Assembly: GCA_016930485.1 (NCBI GenBank)
Contig: JAFGGP010000041.1
Coordinates: 4,005 to 68,004 of the forward strand
DNA from: Candidatus Omnitrophota bacterium
Lineage (GTDB): Bacteria; Omnitrophota; Gorgyraeia; JAFGGP01
DNA: 64,000 bases
Reading direction: 5' to 3'
The stretch's first letter is position 1; every line of letters starts with the position of its first letter. Shown here in pieces: positions 58,124-64,000 of this stretch. The position numbers were made by a program, and so were the translations under genes. The notes below the pieces were generated by a model that had not been told where the DNA came from, searched no databases, and was given only the letters and a program-made list of their open reading frames with translations.

Positions 58124-58867
58124 TTACATTGCCATTCCGCCATCCACCCTGATAACCTCGCCGGTAATATACTCAGACGCGTCGCTTGCCAAAAAGAGGA
58201 CAAGACGGGCAACGTCTGAAGGAGTGCCAAATTTTCTCATCGGGATTGTTCCCAGCATAGCCTGCTGGACCTCATCAGGCAGCCTAGCCGTCATCTCTGT
58301 CTGAATAAAACCGGGCGCAACGGCATTAATTCTTATGTTTCGACTCGCCAGTTCCTTGGCGGCTGATTTTGTCAGGCCGATTATCCCCGCCTTACTGGCG
58401 GCGTAATTGGCCTGACCTGCATTTCCCATAAGTCCAATGATTGAACTCATGTTGACAATCGAACCGCCCCTCTGGCGCATCATAGGTCTTGTCACCGCCT
58501 TTATGCAGTTAAAAACGCCGGTCACATTGACGGAAATGACTTTGTGCCAATCATCAGAGGTCATCTTGAGAATGAGCGCATCCCTTGTAATGCCCGCATT
58601 GTTGATTAGTATATCTATTCGACTATATTTGTCAAGGATTTTATCGATGACCTGAGTCACGGTCTCAAAATCACTTACGTCACATTGATAGTAGTCAGGG
58701 ACACCCCCCGCCTCCTTTTGAAAAGCCGCCTTTTCCTCCTTTTGTAATTCACCGGCAATATCAAGAACGATTGTCTGCGCGCCTTCTTTCATGAATATGA
58801 CGGCTATCTCTCTCCCAATGCCGCGCGCCCCGCCGGTAATAACACCTACTTTCTCTTTAAGGATCAT
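58124..58867 (-). CDS. fabG: 3-oxoacyl-ACP reductase
   Basis: 247 aa SDR with TGGARGIG, NNAG and the YAASKAG catalytic motif. Confidence 0.9.
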   Translation of the reverse strand: MILKEKVGVITGGARGIGREIAVIFMKEGAQTIVLDIAGELQKEEKAAFQKEAGGVPDYYQCDVSDFETVTQVIDKILDKYSRIDILINNAGITRDALILKMTSDDWHKVISVNVTGVFNCIKAVTRPMMRQRGGSIVNMSSIIGLMGNAGQANYAASKAGIIGLTKSAAKELASRNIRINAVAPGFIQTEMTARLPDEVQQAMLGTIPMRKFGTPSDVARLVLFLASDASEYITGEVIRVDGGMAM

Positions 58868-58948
58868 GACGAAGGCTCCCCTCGCCTTACCTCACTGCTC
58901 AATGCGATGCCATCGTCCTTCCCGCATCTCTGAGCGGCTAAAATCTGA

Positions 58949-59959
58949 TTACTGTGTTAACGTCTCAGAAATTGTTCCTTCATCTATCAGCGCCAGAAAC
59001 ATCTGGACCACTATCGGATCAAACTGGGTCCCTGAATGTTTTTTTAGCTCCGAGACGGCGAATGAGAATCCGGGGGCCTTCCGATACGGCCTGTCGCTCG
59101 TCATAGCATGAAAGGCATCGGCAACCGCTATAATCCTTGCCTCGATGGGTATCTCATCGCCTTTCAGGCCATCCGGATAGCCGGTACCGTCGTATTTCTC
59201 CTGATGATGAAGGGTTACATACGTCACCTTCTTAAACTCCTCGATCGGCTCCAGAATTTTTGCCCCTATCACCGGATGCTGTTTCATAATTTCCCACTCT
59301 TCCGGTGTGAGTTTGTCCGGTTTATTTAATATCGACTCCGGTATGCCCTCTTTGCCAATATCGTGAAGATGAAGCCCCATCTCTAAGGTCTCCAAATCCA
59401 CATCGACATGGGAAGTCGCCTTCAGCCGTCTGCCGAGGGCCATGCCAATCTTTTCCACCGCCTCCTGGTGATTGCCGGTATACGCATCTTTTGCCTCGAC
59501 AATATTGGCAAGGGTCAAAACCATCTGGCGAATATTCTGTTTGAGCCGTTCATAGGACCTGCGCAACTCCTCGTTCGAGGCCCGCAGTTCCTCATACAGC
59601 TGCGCATTCAGTTTGGCCAGTACGGTCCCTTCCAGGTATTCGAGACTAAAGGGTTTGGTCACATAATCACTCGCCCCCAGGCTGCGGGCTTCACAAACTA
59701 CCTCTTCTTCCTCAACGGCCGTGATCATAATCACCTTGATAGACTCGTCTAATTCCTTGGCGTGACGAAGCACCTCAATGCCCGAGATACCCGGCATCTT
59801 TACATCTAGGAATACCAGATGGGGACGTTCCTGTTTTATCTTAAGAACCGCCTCATCGCCGTTATTGGCAATAATAACATCGTAACCCTTCTCTGCAAAA
59901 AACGCCCGCAAGAGATTGCAAATGCCTATCTCGTCATCAACGACCAGCAGCTTCGGCAT
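58949..59959 (-). CDS. response regulator with HD-GYP domain (RpfG-like c-di-GMP phosphodiesterase)
   Basis: 336 aa: REC domain (VVDDE...FLDVKMPG) plus HD-GYP (LHDIGK, HHQEKYDGTGYPDGL). Confidence 0.85.
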   Translation of the reverse strand: MPKLLVVDDEIGICNLLRAFFAEKGYDVIIANNGDEAVLKIKQERPHLVFLDVKMPGISGIEVLRHAKELDESIKVIMITAVEEEEVVCEARSLGASDYVTKPFSLEYLEGTVLAKLNAQLYEELRASNEELRRSYERLKQNIRQMVLTLANIVEAKDAYTGNHQEAVEKIGMALGRRLKATSHVDVDLETLEMGLHLHDIGKEGIPESILNKPDKLTPEEWEIMKQHPVIGAKILEPIEEFKKVTYVTLHHQEKYDGTGYPDGLKGDEIPIEARIIAVADAFHAMTSDRPYRKAPGFSFAVSELKKHSGTQFDPIVVQMFLALIDEGTISETLTQ

Positions 59960-62150
59960 CCGGCGACTCCTTTCTGTGTACTGGTAATTTTACCCTAAAA
60001 GTAGTGCCCCGGTCAACTATACTTTCAACATTTATCATCCCCTGATGATCCTGAATAATGCGTTGACAAATAAAAAGGCCTAATCCCGTACCATCGGTTC
60101 GCGTCGTATAAAAAGGGTCGTATAACCGAGAGATCTTGTCCTTTGGTATACCCGGTCCAGTATCGGCAACGGACACCTCGACATACCCCCCGCTGATCAT
60201 AGTGGTAATGGCGAGTGTGCCGACTTGTTTCATGGCCTGAACAGCGTTGAGAATGAGATTTAAAAAAACCTCCTGTATCTGATGATAGCTTCCTAACACT
60301 GCCGGGAGATGGGGGTGATACCGTTTGATGATCTGGACATTGTCAATCTTAATCTGATGGCTCGCAGCATCGATCGTACGATCCAGCAGTTCATTCAGTT
60401 CAAGCATCTGCTTGCCCTTCTGGGTCGGTTTCGCGTGTTGCAAAATTCTCCGGGTAATGTCGCTGGCACGCTGTACCTCACTGATAATCCCCTGCAGTAC
60501 GCCCTTCATATTCTCCCGCTCGGTCAAAAGTTCCTGATCGGTATAAAAATGAGGGCTGGTTGTCCTTAGTCTTTCCAAAAAAATCTGTGCCTGTCCGGAA
60601 ACGATGGTCAGCGGATTGTGTATTTCGTGCGCCATGCCTCCGGCCAGCTGGCCCATAGTGGCAAGCTTTTCTGACTGAAAAAGCTGCGCCTGCGTAACTT
60701 GAAGCTCACGATAGAACAGGGCGTTTTCTATCGAAAGGGCGGCCTGGTTTGCCAAAGAGCTAAAAATCTGCACATCCTCCCTCGTGTAGATTTTCTCCGA
60801 AAGTTTCGGACCCAATAACAGAAATCCAAATAATGTCTCACCAACAAAACTCGGTACAACAAGTTCGATTTCCAATTCGCGCAATTGGAATTCGACGTCG
60901 CTCATGAGGGAATAAAATGCATCTGAGTCGCTGCTGGCACCCTCATGTTCCTGTAATTCAATCTTCAGGTCTTCGTGTAAGATAGGTGCCCGTTTAAAAT
61001 AGAGGCAGTTCACGACCGGGTCGTCACCCGCAACAAAAAGCGTTTCCGTCTTTTTCCCCTTGCCCCGCCTCACCATCAGCCGATACCCCTCCATCTCTTT
61101 ATCCAGGAGAAATATCTCTACATGGCGCACTCTCACAGAACGGGAAATCACATAGACAATGAGCTTCAGAAGTCGATCAAGGTCCCTTATGCGGGTCATG
61201 CCGCCCGAGGCCGATTTCAAGGTCCGGTGATAACGGCGCTGTTCCTGAAGCATTCTGTTCTCGGCGCGTCTCGTTATCAATAAGCTCGTATAAGGTGCTA
61301 TAGAGCCAAGTAATATAAAAAGACCGAACGGCAAAAACCACCATGTCTCGCCAAGCAGACTAAATAACTGCGCGTGAAAAAGGAGAGATAAGGTAAGCGG
61401 GGCGACCAGTATAATACCATACGATATGACATAGACAAAGAACTTGGCAACAAACACCGAAAGGTCGACCACTCGGTAGCGACTTAAGGCATAAGCGACT
61501 AAACTATATGATAGAGGAATCGCGTAGGAACCGATCAGGGTATACGGATACAGCGAAGGCCTAAGAAACGGAAAGAAACGTAACGAGGCACAGGAAAAAC
61601 CGAACAGGGCACCCCAAAAGACATATTTCAGCTGAAGTCGCCTGTAGCCCCTGTTCGTTCGATAGGCCCCGTACAGCAAGACCGTTCCATAACAGGTAAC
61701 CGTCACATAAAATAAAAAGAAATAGGGATAGGCAAAACCAGGCCTGGGAAAAAAAATCGACGGGGCCAGCATCCGTAACTCTGATATTAAGTATTTCGTT
61801 GGAATAAGGCAGGCAAAGAAAAAAGTCAATATATAAGAAGTGAGGGTAATGTGCCTGATTTTCGCCGTTCTGTCAATAACAGTATAGATAAGGTGGAGAA
61901 AAATTGACGGGACAAAGACAATGCCTACATAATAGAACTTAATCCACAAAAATGCCGCCGCGTAGGACTGTGACGAAACAAAAAATAACTCCCCCAACGC
62001 CCATATAGCGACTATAAAAGAAAAGATGACGAAAAGAAACCGGAGACGTTCCCGTCGCTCTCTGAGATATATGATAGGCCCTATCGAGAGTGTCAGCAAC
62101 AATGTAGTAATTAAACTCGGATAAAGGAGTATCTTATAAAATTGTGCCAT
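59937..62150 (-). CDS. sensor histidine kinase: polytopic membrane N-terminus + GAF-like + HisKA + HATPase
   Basis: 737 aa. About 290 N-terminal residues are hydrophobic. H-box MAHEIHNPLT, with N, G1 (DTGPGI) and G2 (GTGLGL) boxes. Confidence 0.85.
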   Translation of the reverse strand: MAQFYKILLYPSLITTLLLTLSIGPIIYLRERRERLRFLFVIFSFIVAIWALGELFFVSSQSYAAAFLWIKFYYVGIVFVPSIFLHLIYTVIDRTAKIRHITLTSYILTFFFACLIPTKYLISELRMLAPSIFFPRPGFAYPYFFLFYVTVTCYGTVLLYGAYRTNRGYRRLQLKYVFWGALFGFSCASLRFFPFLRPSLYPYTLIGSYAIPLSYSLVAYALSRYRVVDLSVFVAKFFVYVISYGIILVAPLTLSLLFHAQLFSLLGETWWFLPFGLFILLGSIAPYTSLLITRRAENRMLQEQRRYHRTLKSASGGMTRIRDLDRLLKLIVYVISRSVRVRHVEIFLLDKEMEGYRLMVRRGKGKKTETLFVAGDDPVVNCLYFKRAPILHEDLKIELQEHEGASSDSDAFYSLMSDVEFQLRELEIELVVPSFVGETLFGFLLLGPKLSEKIYTREDVQIFSSLANQAALSIENALFYRELQVTQAQLFQSEKLATMGQLAGGMAHEIHNPLTIVSGQAQIFLERLRTTSPHFYTDQELLTERENMKGVLQGIISEVQRASDITRRILQHAKPTQKGKQMLELNELLDRTIDAASHQIKIDNVQIIKRYHPHLPAVLGSYHQIQEVFLNLILNAVQAMKQVGTLAITTMISGGYVEVSVADTGPGIPKDKISRLYDPFYTTRTDGTGLGLFICQRIIQDHQGMINVESIVDRGTTFRVKLPVHRKESPDAEAAGR

Positions 62151-62154
62151 CGAA

Positions 62155-64000
62155 TCAATAAGGTGAAGTCATGTTTTCTTTTTCGGTCTGCAATACCGGA
62201 AGTCTCACAATAAAACTGGTCCCTTCTCCTGAGCGACTTTGAATATCGATCGCGCCTCCATGCTCCTTGATAATGCGGTAGCTGACAAAAAGGCCGAGGC
62301 CGCTCCCGTTTATACCCGCAACAAATACAGGATCAAAAATGCGCTTAATAGCCTCGGGAGGTGTACCCGGTCCATTATCGGTAAAGATAATTTCGACAAT
62401 GTCGTCCCTGAGCCGGCTTGAGATAGTCAGTGAGCCCTTCCTGTCCTCGAGCTCCTGGGCCGCGTTCAGCAGAATATTGATAAAAACCTCCTGCAGCTGA
62501 TTCATGCTGCCCTTTATCATCGGCACATTCCTGTCAAGCTCCTTGGTCACGCATATATCCGACAGTACAATCTGGTGCGCGATCAAGGCAAATGCTTCTT
62601 CTATAGCCTGATTCACATCCAGTGCCTCATAGCTGCCCTTTGCCGGACGGGAATGCTTGAGGATACGCCGTGTAATATCGCTGGTCCGACCCACCTCTTT
62701 GATAATCGTTGAAAACGTGTTCATTGCCTTCTTTCTATCAGAAAACAGTTCTTCCTTGGACGTCTCCGGCGAAACGTCCCTATTCAACCTATTAAGCAAA
62801 AGCTGTGCCTCGCCCGAAATGACCGTTAACGGATTGTGGATCTCGTGTGCTATCCCGGTTGCAAGCTGCCCCATAGTAGCCAGCTTCTCCGATTGGAACA
62901 GGCGCGCCTGCGTCTGACGAACCTCCTCGTAAAACAAGGCGTTCTCTATCGCAAGGCTCATTTCATTGGCCAATATGGCGAAAACATCCGTGTCGTCCTG
63001 CGAATAAAATCTGCCGTTTAGTTTCTGACCGAGTACAACAAAACCAATTATTTTGTTCTCGATAAAATTCGGGGCAATTAATGCGGCTTTAAGTCTCTGC
63101 ATCATGTTCTCGATCCGCAACAACGCGCTTTTTTCATAAACATCCTTCTTATGCGCCAGCCTCTCTGACTCCAGGCCGAACTGTATCTCTTCATAGCCGA
63201 TAATTTCCTTATGCTGCTGAAGAAACCCGATCAGGGGATCCTCTCCGCTTATCTTTAGTTTTTCTACCGGGGTATCCTTCCCGCGCCAGTACCGCGGGAG
63301 GAATACATTTTTCTCTTTGTCAATAAGATACACAGTAGCCTGAGAGATGCGTACCGTCTTGGTCAGAATATGGACAATAAGATTGAGCAGCCTGTTTAAA
63401 TCCCTGATACGCAACATACCCCTTGAGGCACTCAGCAGAATTCTCCGGTATCGCCGCTCCTCCTGCAGTATGCGCCCCTCTGCCTTCCGTGTCAGATAAA
63501 TGCTTATATACGGGGCAAGGGCTGCCAGTAATAAAAAAATGCCCGCAGGTCCAACCCACCAGCTATCTTCAAATGCCTCATAGAGGGCAGGGCGAATAAG
63601 AGAGGTAATTAAAAAAGAGAGGGAGAAGACCAATCCGTAAATGAAGACAAAAATACTGGATCTCGTCAAAGCTATTCTGATATCCAGCAGTTGATATTTG
63701 GCAATGGCATACGTAACGATAGCGATATACAGACTGACCAGAATGTTACCAACAGGCAAAATAGGGATGTTGTACCACAGCGGGTAATTAGTCGCCCCTC
63801 CCAACCAGCCAACCGCTGTTGCCACCAGAACATATTTTAATTGATTTTTAGTAAAACCGGCTGCCTGTGAATACTGTTTGATAATAACCCATACCCCTAT
63901 AATAACGTAGCTTGCCCAAATCGGAAGAAAGATATGATATAACGTTCCGGGGTTTGGCCAAAAAGGGAAAATTAATTTGGGGGAGACGCCTGTAATAAAG
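62155..64000 (-). CDS. paralogous sensor histidine kinase, 5' end beyond window
   Basis: My translation upstream of the track GTG (63825) stays open to base 64000 (...PFWPNPGTLYHIFLPIWASYVIIGVWVIIKQYSQAAGFTKNQLKYVLV) and aligns with the membrane region of the neighbouring kinase. H-box IAHEIHNPLT. Confidence 0.8.
   Translation of the reverse strand, partial: FITGVSPKLIFPFWPNPGTLYHIFLPIWASYVIIGVWVIIKQYSQAAGFTKNQLKYVLVATAVGWLGGATNYPLWYNIPILPVGNILVSLYIAIVTYAIAKYQLLDIRIALTRSSIFVFIYGLVFSLSFLITSLIRPALYEAFEDSWWVGPAGIFLLLAALAPYISIYLTRKAEGRILQEERRYRRILLSASRGMLRIRDLNRLLNLIVHILTKTVRISQATVYLIDKEKNVFLPRYWRGKDTPVEKLKISGEDPLIGFLQQHKEIIGYEEIQFGLESERLAHKKDVYEKSALLRIENMMQRLKAALIAPNFIENKIIGFVVLGQKLNGRFYSQDDTDVFAILANEMSLAIENALFYEEVRQTQARLFQSEKLATMGQLATGIAHEIHNPLTVISGEAQLLLNRLNRDVSPETSKEELFSDRKKAMNTFSTIIKEVGRTSDITRRILKHSRPAKGSYEALDVNQAIEEAFALIAHQIVLSDICVTKELDRNVPMIKGSMNQLQEVFINILLNAAQELEDRKGSLTISSRLRDDIVEIIFTDNGPGTPPEAIKRIFDPVFVAGINGSGLGLFVSYRIIKEHGGAIDIQSRSGEGTSFIVRLPVLQTEKENMTSPY

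Overview
This looks like a core chromosomal segment of a moderately GC-rich bacterium. My guess of an uncultured or PVC-like lineage comes from gene content only; no database search was possible. About 60 genes lie on the minus strand with very short or overlapping junctions, and one lies on the plus strand. In minus-strand transcription order (high to low coordinates) the window holds: two paralogous membrane sensor kinases and an HD-GYP response regulator; fabG-acpP-fabF-acyl-CoA dehydrogenase-smc (with a convergent GAF-GGDEF gene on plus); an FMN-riboswitch-controlled ribBA-ribH-nusB-ribD-ribE operon; tRNA-Pro(CGG); acyP, a metallophosphoesterase, ligA, a lipoprotein and xerD; DUF503-rbfA-nrnA-truB-ribF; a complete dcw cluster from mraZ to ftsA; yggS-proC-yggT; punA, leuB-like, asd, truA; rplM-rpsI; argCJBDFGH; and a translationally coupled C1/glycine block (cyclodeaminase-folD-metF-gcvT-gcvH-gcvPA). 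No mobile elements, CRISPR arrays or rRNA were seen. Five things are worth a second look. (1) The dcw cluster ends at a degenerate, IIB-less FtsA with no ftsZ. (2) At least ten intercistronic spacers are filled by inverted arrays of degenerate 7-8-mers, plus a ~100-nt element present twice with a compensatory stem change. (3) There is a consensus promoter followed by three AAAGTGGTT direct repeats upstream of mraZ, and a possible small ORF between mraZ and rsmH. (4) A long structured spacer with a 38-bp perfect palindrome lies between the FMN riboswitch terminator and ribBA. (5) The cyclodeaminase-type gene has a conserved N-terminus that lacks a canonical start codon. Many ORF-track starts are over-extended and were trimmed using family N-termini and upstream stop codons.
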